Shown: positions 41,635 to 51,270, counted from the stretch's first letter. The stretch: DNA of 64,000 nt from Nitrosopumilus sp. (GCA_965207075.1 CBDBLO010000002.1:1088001-1152000); one strand, 5' to 3'. Notes: generated by a model from the letters alone, not told the origin. Made by a program: numbers and translations.

Positions 41635-41945
41635 CCGGCTCCAACAAAGGTGGTAACTCTGTCTGCATCCGCTGCGGCTGCCGCGTGCCGGACGCCCGTC
41701 TCAACGCCGACGGTGTGTGCGCCGGCTGCGTCCGCGCGATGTTCTCCAGCGGGATCAGGCGCGCGTTCCGCAACCTCGACGACATAGACGAGATAGCCCG
41801 CGGCGTGCACCTCGATTGGACCATCTACACGCGAGACGAGACCGACGGCATACTCGCGAGCACCAAGAAAATCCGCACCCACTTGGGCAAGCTCAACCGC
41901 ATGGGAGGGAGCGGAAACTCCCGCACCCGCCGCTCCGCGGGTTAA
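41631..41945 (+). CDS. Small Zn-ribbon protein
   Basis: CIRCG...CAGC. Confidence 0.55.
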   Translation: MTGSNKGGNSVCIRCGCRVPDARLNADGVCAGCVRAMFSSGIRRAFRNLDDIDEIARGVHLDWTIYTRDETDGILASTKKIRTHLGKLNRMGGSGNSRTRRSAG

Positions 41946-41969
41946 AAGCAACACGCTGCCCTTGCGTTC

Positions 41970-42221
41970 ATGGACAAGACCGTCGAACTCATGACGCCCC
42001 GCGGGGCCGCCCTCCTGGCTCTGCGCGACGAGGCCAAGGAACTGGTCAGCGCCATTGACATCATAGAGGACTGGGGGTGGGTCGCGGGCCGGGACGACAG
42101 CGAGCGGCTTGACGAAAGCATCACGGGCACGGAGTCTGCCATGCACAAGTACCTGGAGACGCGTCCGTCGGACGCGGACGGCGCAAAGGGGCCGACAGAA
42201 TCCGGCCGCCAAGAGAGCTAA
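41970..42221 (+). CDS. Hypothetical acidic helical protein
   Basis: 83-aa ORF with protein-like composition. Confidence 0.55.
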   Translation: MDKTVELMTPRGAALLALRDEAKELVSAIDIIEDWGWVAGRDDSERLDESITGTESAMHKYLETRPSDADGAKGPTESGRQES

Positions 42222-42263
42222 TAATAACCTAACATTTATAAATAATAGGTTGTATGACATATC

Positions 42264-42392
42264 ATGAGCAAGTCATTCAGCGCGGCCGTACTTGTGGCCG
42301 CGGGTCTGGGCGGCGTGCATCTTGGTGAATTTTCCGCGCATTGCGGCCCTTGCACGCTCGACCTGTACAAGTACAGGGAGGCGGCGGCCTGA
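42264..42392 (+). CDS. 42-aa microprotein (not in the ORF track)
   Basis: MSKSFSAAV...HCGPC...EAAA*; TATA-like tttataaata at ~42235. Confidence 0.4.
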   Translation: MSKSFSAAVLVAAGLGGVHLGEFSAHCGPCTLDLYKYREAAA

Positions 42393-42435
42393 TACCCCCC
42401 CGGTCTTTTATGATTATGGGTGCATGGGGGTCGAC

Positions 42436-43167
42436 ATGATGCCAGCTGGTTCCGGAGCAAATGCAGTGGATGTCCCGCGCGGGCCCAAGCCGAGCGCCGA
42501 TATTATGCGCAAGCATGATGAGGCTGGGGACAAGAATGAGATCGACTCCATTTTCTGCGAGGTCTGCGACGGCGAGATAAGGACGACTGATGTGCGGAAG
42601 CCCGGACTGACCGTCGAGGAGTACGCCAAGGAGCCGCACGTCGTGGTGAACCGCATGGGCCATGACGGATATTCCGTGTCGATCAGGTGCCGGCACGCGT
42701 CCTGTGACGCGGGGGTGGTGCCAAGTTGGCAATTCACCGAAGAGTTCCACAGGAACGTAATCTGGCCGATAGACCGGCATACGCTCCCGACGTGCCGGAT
42801 GTGTGGTTATAACACGCCCGACTTCCGGAAGTTTACAGCCCACATGGAGTCGGAGCATGGCATTACCGTCGCCGAGAGGACTCCCGAGAAGACTTCGGAG
42901 ACGCGCACCGTCAGGCGGTGCCGGAAATGCGGGCTCCGGCTCGGACGCGAGGTCGAGCTGCCCGAGGGGTTCGCGGTGTTATGCGCCGCGTGCATCAGGC
43001 TCGTGGGCAAGGGCCTGCCGGACGCGCCGTTTGGCATTGCCCATGAATGCGAATGTGGAGACACCCTGGACGAACACGAGTACGTGGAAGACGAGAGCGA
43101 TGCCCCGTCCCCGTGCAATGAGTGCGGCTGCGAGGACTGGCGCGAGAAGAAAAAGGAGGAACCGTGA
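42436..43167 (+). CDS. Multi-zinc-finger protein (includes a C2H2-like unit)
   Basis: CEVC, CRMC...HMESEH, CRKC, CAAC, CECG...H...CNECGC. Start uncertain (42424 or 42436). Confidence 0.7.
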   Translation: MMPAGSGANAVDVPRGPKPSADIMRKHDEAGDKNEIDSIFCEVCDGEIRTTDVRKPGLTVEEYAKEPHVVVNRMGHDGYSVSIRCRHASCDAGVVPSWQFTEEFHRNVIWPIDRHTLPTCRMCGYNTPDFRKFTAHMESEHGITVAERTPEKTSETRTVRRCRKCGLRLGREVELPEGFAVLCAACIRLVGKGLPDAPFGIAHECECGDTLDEHEYVEDESDAPSPCNECGCEDWREKKKEEP

Positions 43168-43219
43168 TGTCGGGGTACCACTGCTGCCGCTGGGCACTGT
43201 ACAAGGGTGTGTCCGCGTG

Positions 43220-44080
43220 ATGGCGCCGGCGGCAACGACAAAGACAATGGCGCCAGCCGCGTCTAGGCAGATACAGTGCCACAAGTGCGGCCGGAACATG
43301 AGGAGCCGGCTGCTTGCAAACGGCGAGACCAAGCGCCACTACTGCGAGGTGTGCGCAAAGGGCAACCGTCTGTGCGAGGTGCGCTACCACTGGGACAAGC
43401 ACGCCAACGGCCTGTGCGGCAGGGACAAGAAGGCATGCGCATACTGCGGGAGCGGACTCAAACTCGTATGCGACCCAGACGACCGTGACATCGGGCGCAT
43501 GATGCAGGAGGACGAGGAGGACGAGCCCTGCAGCTATCTGGAAATCCTGTGCCCCCTGTGGTTTGAGAAGCTGCACCGCGGCATGCTCGAGGACCTCGCC
43601 ACGTTCGACAAGGACGTCGTCTCGGAGGCCTGGGGCTGGAGCGACAAGTTCCGCGAGGTGGGCGGAGAGTATTACTGCGAGGACTGCATCTCGTACAGCT
43701 ACATGCTCTTCAACGGGTCGTACCAGTTCGGCACCACGTGGGTGGAGATAAAGCTAGTCGAGACCGCAGAGTACTTTGCCCAACACTACTTTGAGATGCA
43801 CGATGGGCGAGAGGGCGAGAGGGGTCGCGCCAGGTACCTCGACGCGTGCCACGGCATGGCCTCGGCGCTGAACGGCCTTGAGACGTTCTCATTCCGCTGC
43901 AGGGAGCTGAAATACGACGACAGGAAGGACGACCTGCTGCCGTTGCTGGGGGAGCTGCGCAGGCGCTTCGTAAATGACATGCACTACAAGGCGAACGCCG
44001 CGTACGACAAGGAGGAATACGACGGCGTCATGGAACACTTCGACGGCGTCGAGAAGAACATCAGGGAGGGTTTCAAATGA
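43220..44080 (+). CDS. Cys-rich hypothetical protein
   Basis: CHKC, CEVC, CAYC, CEDC; TGATG start. Confidence 0.65.
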   Translation: MAPAATTKTMAPAASRQIQCHKCGRNMRSRLLANGETKRHYCEVCAKGNRLCEVRYHWDKHANGLCGRDKKACAYCGSGLKLVCDPDDRDIGRMMQEDEEDEPCSYLEILCPLWFEKLHRGMLEDLATFDKDVVSEAWGWSDKFREVGGEYYCEDCISYSYMLFNGSYQFGTTWVEIKLVETAEYFAQHYFEMHDGREGERGRARYLDACHGMASALNGLETFSFRCRELKYDDRKDDLLPLLGELRRRFVNDMHYKANAAYDKEEYDGVMEHFDGVEKNIREGFK

Positions 44081-44343
44081 TCCTCGAACGGGCTGATTGG
44101 AGCGACGCGACCAACAACGGACAGCTTAAGGGGACTGCTGCAAAGCGGGTCAGGCCGCGCGACAGATGTCCCGGGTGCGGGCATGCGTCCGACGCGTGGC
44201 TGGCCAGGCGCGTGCTGGAGACCGACGGCAATGAGTTTCACGACGGCGACGTATACGACTCCATGGTCTGCCGCAGCTGCGGTTACACGCTGCCGTTCGT
44301 GACGGCGACCAGGGAGATCGGCGGCAAGGAGGAGCCCGCCTGA
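44077..44343 (+). CDS. Zn-ribbon protein
   Basis: CPGCGH...CRSCG. Confidence 0.65.
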   Translation: MILERADWSDATNNGQLKGTAAKRVRPRDRCPGCGHASDAWLARRVLETDGNEFHDGDVYDSMVCRSCGYTLPFVTATREIGGKEEPA

Positions 44344-44618
44344 TGCCCTGCCGCGGCGTCTGCAGGCGCCCCGAATACGCGTTCCGTCCAACGTTCCGGG
44401 TCAGGGGCCGGCAGTCGCTGTATGCGTGCGGCGCCAAGATGTGCATTCCGTGCGCGGCGTGGCTGGAGTGGGACGGGCGGCTCTGCCCCTGCTGCAGCAA
44501 GCAGCTGCGCACGCGTCCACGCAACGCTAGATTCAAGCGCAAATGGATGGAGAAAGTACTCGTGGCGGCCACCGTGCAAGCCGGAGGCGCCCCGGCCAAG
44601 AGGGAGGGGCGGGACTGA
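44343..44618 (+). CDS. Small Cys-rich protein resembling a common thaumarchaeal family
   Basis: MxCxGxC...CxxC...WDGxxCPCC...LRTRPRN. Confidence 0.7.
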   Translation: MPCRGVCRRPEYAFRPTFRVRGRQSLYACGAKMCIPCAAWLEWDGRLCPCCSKQLRTRPRNARFKRKWMEKVLVAATVQAGGAPAKREGRD

Positions 44619-46403
44619 ATGGCGGACGAAATACATGACACCACCACCACCGTCCCCACCACGGCGGCGGCGGAAGCGCCCGCCGCGGCAGGAAACACAG
44701 CAGCCATGGGGGAGACTGCCGCGGTCCAGCCGCCCGCCGCCCTGGAGCAGCACATCGCGGCCGTGTCAAAACGCATAGACGATTCTGAGGCGGAGGCCAG
44801 CGCCAAGTACGACGAGATGCGCAGGGATCTCGGGGAAAAACTCGCCGCCGCCCGCCGGGTGCTGGACGGCTACGAGGCGGAGGCCAGCGCCCAGTACGCC
44901 AAGATGCGCAAGGAGTATGAGTCAAAGCTTGATGCCGCCCGCCAGGAGATCATAGACCTCACGCTTTCCGCGGAGCCGGAGCCGGAGCAAAAGACCGGAT
45001 ACCATCCGGGCGCCACCGAGCTGTTCGAGGGCCTCGGCGTCGACCTCGCGGAGTTCCGCAAGTTCGCCGAGCACCCCTACTTCATGTACCCCGGCAAAAA
45101 AGGCAGCGTCTACGTGATGGTACCCAAGTTCTACCCGAGGTTCCAGTGCGGGTGGCTGCTTGACACCGTAGATGATGTTTGGAACCGCTATGAGATCAAT
45201 CCGTACTCGGTGCTCTTCGGCAGCGTGCCGGAGGACATCAAGAAGCACCTCGACCTGCCGACCCCGATCCCAGTCACGGTGGACGGCGACCGCATAACCT
45301 TCAGGCCGGAGGACCGCAAGGAAGTGAGGCGGCGCCTGCCGTCCCACCTGACGGACTGGACCGAAAATTCGGCCCGCATCACTAAAAACAACGAGTTCAA
45401 CATCATCGACCGCATTCTGCGGTCCGGCAGGGTGCCGTTCACGCCGTACCCCGTCAGAGACGAACACGCCCGCGGGCCGGCGCCGGCGTTCAAGCTGCGC
45501 CCCTACCAGCAGGAGGCCTTTGACAACTTTCTGAAGACGGGCGCCGTCGGCGTCTTCCACCCGACCGGCAGCGGCAAGTCCTACGTCGGGCTTTCCGCGC
45601 TGTCGCGCATACGCGTCGGCAGCCTGCGGAACCTCATAATAGTCCCGACGCGGACGCTGATCAGCCAGTGGCAGGCATACATGAGGGAGCACGCGCCGGA
45701 GGCCCTGAAACGCACCCTCATAGTCACATACAAGGCCAACTTTGACTATTCTGAGCGGTTCGGGCTTGTCATATACGACGAGTGCAGGCAGTTGCCGGCG
45801 CCCACGTTCGCTAGGCTGTCCACCATCAAGACCGAGTACCGGATGGGGCTGGACGCCACCCCCTACCGGGAGGACGGGCAGAACCACTTGATAATGACGC
45901 TGACCGGCCACTCGCAGACGCTGAACTGGCAGCACTACATGAGGACGTGGGGTCCTGGCTACCATGCGGTGAACGTGCACGTCGTCAGGAGGACGCAGGA
46001 CAAGATGGAGAGGGCAAAGAAGCTGTACGACCCGAGGCGCCGCACGATGTTCTATTCGTTCCACCTGGAGCCCGGCCAGAAGCTGGCCCGCAAGTTCGGG
46101 CTGCCGTTCATCAGCGCCGCCACCGAGGACAGGCTGGCCGTCATCGAGGAGAACCGGTCGTTCGTCTGCAGCAGCGTAATGGGTGAGGGTGTCAGTATTG
46201 CGGACCTCGACGACATCATCGAGATCGACTTCCTCTACGGGAGCCGCCGCGAGGAGATGCAGCTCTCCGGCAGGCTCATGCATTCCAAGCGCCCGAACAA
46301 GCGCCACCACATAATCATGACCGAGGAAGAGTTCGACAGGTACGAGAAGAGGCTGTTCAGTCTAGAGGGGAACGGCTTCCACGTGAAGCTGGTGAGGGGC
46401 TGA
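44619..46403 (+). CDS. Superfamily 2 helicase (XPB/Rad25/ResIII-like)
   Basis: LRPYQ, PTGSGKS, IIVPT, YDEC, GLDATP, GEGVSI, QLSGRL. Confidence 0.85.
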   Translation: MADEIHDTTTTVPTTAAAEAPAAAGNTAAMGETAAVQPPAALEQHIAAVSKRIDDSEAEASAKYDEMRRDLGEKLAAARRVLDGYEAEASAQYAKMRKEYESKLDAARQEIIDLTLSAEPEPEQKTGYHPGATELFEGLGVDLAEFRKFAEHPYFMYPGKKGSVYVMVPKFYPRFQCGWLLDTVDDVWNRYEINPYSVLFGSVPEDIKKHLDLPTPIPVTVDGDRITFRPEDRKEVRRRLPSHLTDWTENSARITKNNEFNIIDRILRSGRVPFTPYPVRDEHARGPAPAFKLRPYQQEAFDNFLKTGAVGVFHPTGSGKSYVGLSALSRIRVGSLRNLIIVPTRTLISQWQAYMREHAPEALKRTLIVTYKANFDYSERFGLVIYDECRQLPAPTFARLSTIKTEYRMGLDATPYREDGQNHLIMTLTGHSQTLNWQHYMRTWGPGYHAVNVHVVRRTQDKMERAKKLYDPRRRTMFYSFHLEPGQKLARKFGLPFISAATEDRLAVIEENRSFVCSSVMGEGVSIADLDDIIEIDFLYGSRREEMQLSGRLMHSKRPNKRHHIIMTEEEFDRYEKRLFSLEGNGFHVKLVRG

Positions 46404-46477
46404 GTGTTGCACATGAATTCACCCGCCTCACACGTACTGCAACGCCCCCCTTATTTACAATCGGAGGTGTTACACCC

Positions 46478-46876
46478 GTGAGCCAGGTACTCCCCCCCGC
46501 CCCCGCGACGACCCCGCGCGATACGTGCGGTACCTGCGGACATTCCACGTACGAGCACATGTCCGGCTCCCCGGTCTACCTGATGTACCACGCCGGCACC
46601 ACGTATGTCCTGCGGTCCGTCGACCCGGGGAACGTGGAGCGCGACGTGCGCAGCCTGTATGGCCGGTGGGGGATGGAGTCGACAGACAGCACGACCGTCA
46701 CCATAATCGAGGTACCGGCCCGCCGGATAAACCGCAGTGCGATGCACGCCGACCATTGGACGCGCTGGATAGATGACGGCAGGCGCACGGAGGCGGAACT
46801 AGTGACGGATACAGGGATACGCATTTCAGAGCAGGTCATACGCGGCAGGCCCGTGTACGGCACGGAGGAGGGCTGA
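46478..46876 (+). CDS. Hypothetical protein with N-terminal CxxCGH motif
   Basis: CGTCGHSTYEH; upstream ttatttac and GGAGG. Confidence 0.6.
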   Translation: MSQVLPPAPATTPRDTCGTCGHSTYEHMSGSPVYLMYHAGTTYVLRSVDPGNVERDVRSLYGRWGMESTDSTTVTIIEVPARRINRSAMHADHWTRWIDDGRRTEAELVTDTGIRISEQVIRGRPVYGTEEG

Positions 46877-46882
46877 GGACTG

Positions 46883-47032
46883 ATGGTTGACGTATACCCT
46901 CGCGCGTCCGCCCCGGACGACAGTCATTGCGCCGGATGCGGACACCGTGAAAATGGCCACCTCATAGATGCCTGTCTGCATGACGGATGTGATTGCAACG
47001 GGTTCAGCCCCAGCGACGGAGGCTCTACCTGA
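46883..47032 (+). CDS. 49-aa Cys/His microprotein (not in the ORF track)
   Basis: HCAGCGHRENGH...CLHDGCDCNGF; paralogous to the N-terminus of 51270..51581. Confidence 0.7.
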   Translation: MVDVYPRASAPDDSHCAGCGHRENGHLIDACLHDGCDCNGFSPSDGGST

Positions 47033-47322
47033 TGTCACTCACCGGAGTCTCGGCAAAGGCGATCCAGCTACGGCATGAAGAATCCAAGAGGATCGCACGA
47101 CTGCCGCCCTCTGACGCCGCCCCGTCGGCGGCGCTGGCGGTGCATGTCGTCGAGATACGCGCACTGGCAGACTATCTCGAAGCAGCCATAAACGACAACG
47201 ACAAGATTGCTGAGGCCATCAAGACATACGCTAGATGGCGCCTTGTCTCTGGCAACTGGGTCTACGATATGGACGCCCTGATGAAGCGGTGCGCCGCAAA
47301 AGGAGGGGGAACCGCCGCATGA
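47032..47322 (+). CDS. Hypothetical helical protein
   Basis: TGATG start, ATGA end. Confidence 0.6.
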   Translation: MSLTGVSAKAIQLRHEESKRIARLPPSDAAPSAALAVHVVEIRALADYLEAAINDNDKIAEAIKTYARWRLVSGNWVYDMDALMKRCAAKGGGTAA

Positions 47323-47660
47323 CCGTCACCCGCCGCAACTGGTTACAAACCGTCCCGCCCAGCATCGCCAACCACGACGCGCTGTTTGACTTTGTATATG
47401 ATGCCGAGAACTGGACGGGCGTCGAACCCCACTGCGAGGACATCATGCGCCGAGCCACGCTGGATGGCGGGCACATGTGGCTGCACCACGACACGCGACA
47501 CGCGACCACCACCTTTCACAGCATCCAAACCAAGCTCCGCATAATGTGGTTCATGTGCGTGTCCTGCAGCCGCGTCCGCATCGAGGTCAAGCCGGTGGCG
47601 GCCGAGCCGTGGGAGGACGACGCCACTGCCCGCTTTTACACCGCGAGGCCGCTGCCATGA
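47319..47660 (+). CDS. Hypothetical protein, paralog A
   Basis: NWL...EPHC...GGHMW...MCVSC...FYTARPLP. Confidence 0.7.
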   Translation: MTVTRRNWLQTVPPSIANHDALFDFVYDAENWTGVEPHCEDIMRRATLDGGHMWLHHDTRHATTTFHSIQTKLRIMWFMCVSCSRVRIEVKPVAAEPWEDDATARFYTARPLP

Positions 47661-48004
47661 CCACCATAAAGCCAAACTGGCTGTACGACCCGCCGGACAC
47701 CATCGCCACCCCCAACGGCGTGCCGTTCAAGTGGATAAGGGACACCGACAGGTGGTCTGCGCGCGAACCCTCCTGCAACTACGGCAACGATGAGGACGGC
47801 GGCCACATGTGGCAGGAGCACGGTACCAGGTTCGCCCGCAACACGTACTTTGGCAAGCTGACGAACCTGGAGATCATCTGGTACATGTGCATATCATGCC
47901 ACAGGCTCCGCATCGACGTGCGCCACCACGTGGGCAAGGCTTCAAAAGATGCAGACTTGATCCGCACGTTTGCCCACTTTTACACTGTGAGGCCGCTGCC
48001 ATGA
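47657..48004 (+). CDS. Hypothetical protein, paralog B
   Basis: NWL...EPSC...GGHMW...MCISC...FYTVRPLP. Confidence 0.7.
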   Translation: MTTIKPNWLYDPPDTIATPNGVPFKWIRDTDRWSAREPSCNYGNDEDGGHMWQEHGTRFARNTYFGKLTNLEIIWYMCISCHRLRIDVRHHVGKASKDADLIRTFAHFYTVRPLP

Positions 48005-48207
48005 CCGTACAGGACTGCATTGACATCTGGCGCAACACCGCTGTCTCCCTCAAGAAGGAGGCGGAACGGGCGCCCCCGGATCTTGGAGACTTCATCGCAT
48101 CCATACGGGACAAGGCGTCAATATACGAGGAGTGCGCCAAGAAGCTTGAGGAAGAGGTAGGAAACACTGACACGGTTGGCCACAGCCACGCGGGAGGCGG
48201 CGACTGA
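48001..48207 (+). CDS. Small helical hypothetical protein
   Basis: MTVQDCIDIW...; overlaps both neighbours. Confidence 0.55.
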   Translation: MTVQDCIDIWRNTAVSLKKEAERAPPDLGDFIASIRDKASIYEECAKKLEEEVGNTDTVGHSHAGGGD

Positions 48208-49181
48208 TGGACGGCACCCCACACGGCCATGAATGCACTGCAGACGGCTCCATGGAGCCCACCACGTACCTGCTGACTGATGAAAATTACGAAAGGGCGG
48301 TCATACTGGAATCACCGCCGTCCTCGTCTGCGGTTGTGTGTATCATGCGCGCCTGGCCCGCGCCGGCTGGGACGCGCCCGCACTCTCAAACCTACGGCCA
48401 GTACGGCATAATCCATGAGGTGCCGTCCTCGCGCGTGCTGTACGCGGCGCTGGCGGACGGCACGCATTCCCTGCCGGAAGTGGTCCCGACGTGTAACGGC
48501 GACAACATGCGCGCGGAGGGCTACGACGATCCGTTCGTTGCCATACACCCGCCGGAGCCGGACTGCCCCCACGCCCCCAAAGACGGTAAAGACCGTGGGC
48601 ATCTGTGGGGGGCGCACTGGCGCGTGTCCGGGTGCCGGATAGAGGACAAGCCGGGCATATCTCCCGACGCCGCCGGGCGCGGGCTGATCATCAGGGAGCA
48701 CTGCACGCGGCCCAGCTGCTACGCGACAAGGACGCGCGAGACGGATGCAGTGGATGACGGACGTGACGCCGAGACTGAGTGCTACCTGCGCATCACATAC
48801 GGCAAACTGCCGGCCGAGTCCATGGCGGATCACGACAAGACGTACGGGCCTAACCCGCGCGTACTGCAGGCGGACGCGCTGAAACTCATCCCCGACGACG
48901 GCGAATACCACGACATCGGCGTGGAGTGGAGGGGGCACGAGTATCTCATGGCATGCACCGTCGACGGTGACGGCGGCTCACATGTCTGCCCCGGCGCCAG
49001 GCGCATCCCGGTCTATGGGAAAATATGGACGGGCGGCTCTCGGGTCATATCGGTGGACGGTTCGGGCAGGTATACCACGAAGCCCAAGGTTGCCGGCCTG
49101 CAGCTCCTAACCACGTTCTGCGACGCGTGCGGCCTGGAGGCGGACGCCCACCCTGACATTGCAGTGGAGGCGGCGGCCTGA
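48207..49181 (+). CDS. Hypothetical protein with an EPxC...GHxW...CxxxxC module
   Basis: 324-aa ORF with TGATG junctions at both ends. Confidence 0.6.
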   Translation: MDGTPHGHECTADGSMEPTTYLLTDENYERAVILESPPSSSAVVCIMRAWPAPAGTRPHSQTYGQYGIIHEVPSSRVLYAALADGTHSLPEVVPTCNGDNMRAEGYDDPFVAIHPPEPDCPHAPKDGKDRGHLWGAHWRVSGCRIEDKPGISPDAAGRGLIIREHCTRPSCYATRTRETDAVDDGRDAETECYLRITYGKLPAESMADHDKTYGPNPRVLQADALKLIPDDGEYHDIGVEWRGHEYLMACTVDGDGGSHVCPGARRIPVYGKIWTGGSRVISVDGSGRYTTKPKVAGLQLLTTFCDACGLEADAHPDIAVEAAA

Positions 49182-49444
49182 TGGCAAACAAACACCCCTC
49201 ACGAACTGTGGACATTCCAGGTCTCGGGCGGGCAGAAATTGACAAGGAGATGGTGTCAGTCATCACCGAGCTGAACCGGCTCGGCTTCCGCACGTTGAAG
49301 TGCTGTCAGGGCGACGACGAGTGGATACGCTACATAGAGTTTGACATGGGCGCCGTCGAATGCGAGTTTGAGGATGCAGAGATTGATGATGATGGCAGGC
49401 ACAAGCCCAAACTGCGGATCAGCGTAAAGGGGGCGGCGGCCTAA
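49181..49444 (+). CDS. Hypothetical protein
   Basis: ID.EM...I.ELNRLGFRT..CCQG...YIEF. Confidence 0.6.
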   Translation: MANKHPSRTVDIPGLGRAEIDKEMVSVITELNRLGFRTLKCCQGDDEWIRYIEFDMGAVECEFEDAEIDDDGRHKPKLRISVKGAAA

Positions 49445-49587
49445 TGTCCTGCGACATGTGCGGACACAGCCACGAGGGCCAGACGTGTTCCTTTGCGGCG
49501 TGGGTGGACGTGGTGGATGGCGTCGGCCACGTAAGCAAGGAGTACATCCGATGCCAGTGCCTAAACTACGAGGAGGCGAAGGACTGA
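49444..49587 (+). CDS. 47-aa Cys/His microprotein (not in the ORF track)
   Basis: MSCDMCGHSHEGQTC...RCQC; TAATG and TGATG junctions. Confidence 0.65.
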   Translation: MSCDMCGHSHEGQTCSFAAWVDVVDGVGHVSKEYIRCQCLNYEEAKD

Positions 49588-49796
49588 TGGGCGGTGTAAT
49601 GGTATCGGACTCGATTTCGCGCGACGAGCCGTGCTCGGACTGCGGGCATCCGAAATACGACCACGACGACCACAGGTGCGGGCAGTGCCCGTGCACGAAC
49701 ACCTTCACGTGCAGTGGCTGCGGGCACGCCTGGTTCCACCACCACTTTTCAAACTGCGAGGGCGGCTCCGACTGCCCGTGCGACAGGAGGCCCTGA
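49587..49796 (+). CDS. Microprotein with two CxxCGHxxxxH...CxC units
   Basis: CSDCGHPKYDH...CGQCPC; CSGCGHAWFHH...C...CPC. Confidence 0.65.
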   Translation: MGGVMVSDSISRDEPCSDCGHPKYDHDDHRCGQCPCTNTFTCSGCGHAWFHHHFSNCEGGSDCPCDRRP

Positions 49797-49798
49797 GA

Positions 49799-50077
49799 AT
49801 GTTTGAACAGAACCCGCAGTACGCCGGCGGCATACGCACCCTCAAGTGCACCGAGGACACGATCAAGAGGTGGATGCGCCGCCGCGGGGCGGTTCGCATA
49901 TGCAACGTCTGCAAAAAGACAATAGACCTGGGGCAGTGGTATACCGTAGAGCACGTCGGCGTCATGGACCCGATCTGGTTCGTCAAGCACGTCGAGTGCA
50001 TGACCGCGCCGAGGGACTGCGGCGACAGCTCGCTCAGGGAGATCAGGGAGCACATCAGGGAGGCCGACGCCCGGTGA
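49799..50077 (+). CDS. Small CxxC...HxxC protein
   Basis: CNVCKK...HVEC. Confidence 0.6.
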   Translation: MFEQNPQYAGGIRTLKCTEDTIKRWMRRRGAVRICNVCKKTIDLGQWYTVEHVGVMDPIWFVKHVECMTAPRDCGDSSLREIREHIREADAR

Positions 50078-50241
50078 CATGCAAGAACTGCGAACACGAC
50101 GCGGACGACCACGCAAGCGAGGCCGTGGTGGCCGGCGGCGGGTCGCCGTGCACTGCCGGCGTCACTTCGGCCGACGACGACCTCGGGGGCGGCATGCAGA
50201 CGGTGAGTAGGTGTCCGTGCAAAGGATGGGAGGCGGCCTAG
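50074..50241 (+). CDS. Cys/His microprotein
   Basis: CKNCEHDADDH...C...RCPCKGW; GTGA overlap. Confidence 0.6.
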   Translation: MTCKNCEHDADDHASEAVVAGGGSPCTAGVTSADDDLGGGMQTVSRCPCKGWEAA

Positions 50242-50652
50242 ATGGGCGATCCGAAGTGCGGCGGGCAGATCGTCATGAAGGACTGCAAGCGCCACGGCCG
50301 CAAGCACACGGGCACCATGTGCCCGCAGTGCATACCGTCATGCATCGGCGAGCGGCCGCCGGACGTCCGGACCGAGCATGAATGGAAGAAGACCCCACAC
50401 AAGAACCAGAAGCTGAAGTGCGCCAAATGCGGCGCCATAGTGGTCGTGCGCGGGCTGCTGTTTGACATAACCCGGCTGCCGCGCGGGCTCGTCTCCGAGA
50501 AGCTCCCGGCCTGCAGTCCGGGCCGCATGCACGAGTGGGACGTGCTAGACAACAAGGATTCGTCGTTCACCGTTGGGTGCCCGCGCTGCGGCAAGTGCGT
50601 CAGGATTGACGGGTTCGGCTTTGAGATCACCAAGGGGTGGAGGCATGAGTAA
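50242..50652 (+). CDS. Multi-CxxC protein
   Basis: CPQC, HEW..CAKCG, HEW..CPRCG. Confidence 0.6.
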   Translation: MGDPKCGGQIVMKDCKRHGRKHTGTMCPQCIPSCIGERPPDVRTEHEWKKTPHKNQKLKCAKCGAIVVVRGLLFDITRLPRGLVSEKLPACSPGRMHEWDVLDNKDSSFTVGCPRCGKCVRIDGFGFEITKGWRHE

Positions 50653-50842
50653 TGAGCAGGCCGACCAGGCTGACGACAGTCCGGTGAAACTACACCACAT
50701 TTGCGACGACATGTGCTATTCGATTGTTACGCACGAGCACCCGGAATACGCGATATGCGACACCGCGCAGGAGCGCGACAGGGACATCTGGGGGTGTGAC
50801 GACGAATTTGAGGACGAGTTCTGCGAGGAGGGTGAAGACTGA
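50645..50842 (+). CDS. Small acidic Cys/His protein
   Basis: HHICDDMC...; D/E-rich tail. Confidence 0.5.
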   Translation: MSNEQADQADDSPVKLHHICDDMCYSIVTHEHPEYAICDTAQERDRDIWGCDDEFEDEFCEEGED

Positions 50843-51270
50843 TGCCTGCAGACGCCGCCAGTCTACATCCACATGGGGCCGAAAACCATGGAAGCTCTCA
50901 AAAAATGAGCGCGGAACCATACGACTACGCATCATGCGAGTTCCGCCGCGTCAAGGACAACGACAGTCATAACTACGATGCGAAGGTGAGGTGCCTCGGC
51001 GTGAAGTACTCCTGCTTCGGGGACATGCCAAGCTTTGACGGCACGCCGGCATGCGGCGGCAACTGCCCGCAGAAGGGCACGTGGCGCGGCCCAAAGTGCG
51101 GGGCCGTCATGCCCGACCGGGACGCCAGAAACCACGCATACCACGTGCACGACGTTACGTCGTGGGAAGTATCAGCTACGTCCGGAGGCTTCATGCACGG
51201 CGGCGGCGCCCCCAGTTCAAGCTGGGAAGACCAGCCGCCGCCGAAGAACATGTTGGAGGCGTTCACGTGA
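50842..51270 (+). CDS. Cys/His-containing hypothetical protein
   Basis: TGATG junctions at both ends; KCG...NHAYHVH. Confidence 0.55.
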   Translation: MPADAASLHPHGAENHGSSQKMSAEPYDYASCEFRRVKDNDSHNYDAKVRCLGVKYSCFGDMPSFDGTPACGGNCPQKGTWRGPKCGAVMPDRDARNHAYHVHDVTSWEVSATSGGFMHGGGAPSSSWEDQPPPKNMLEAFT

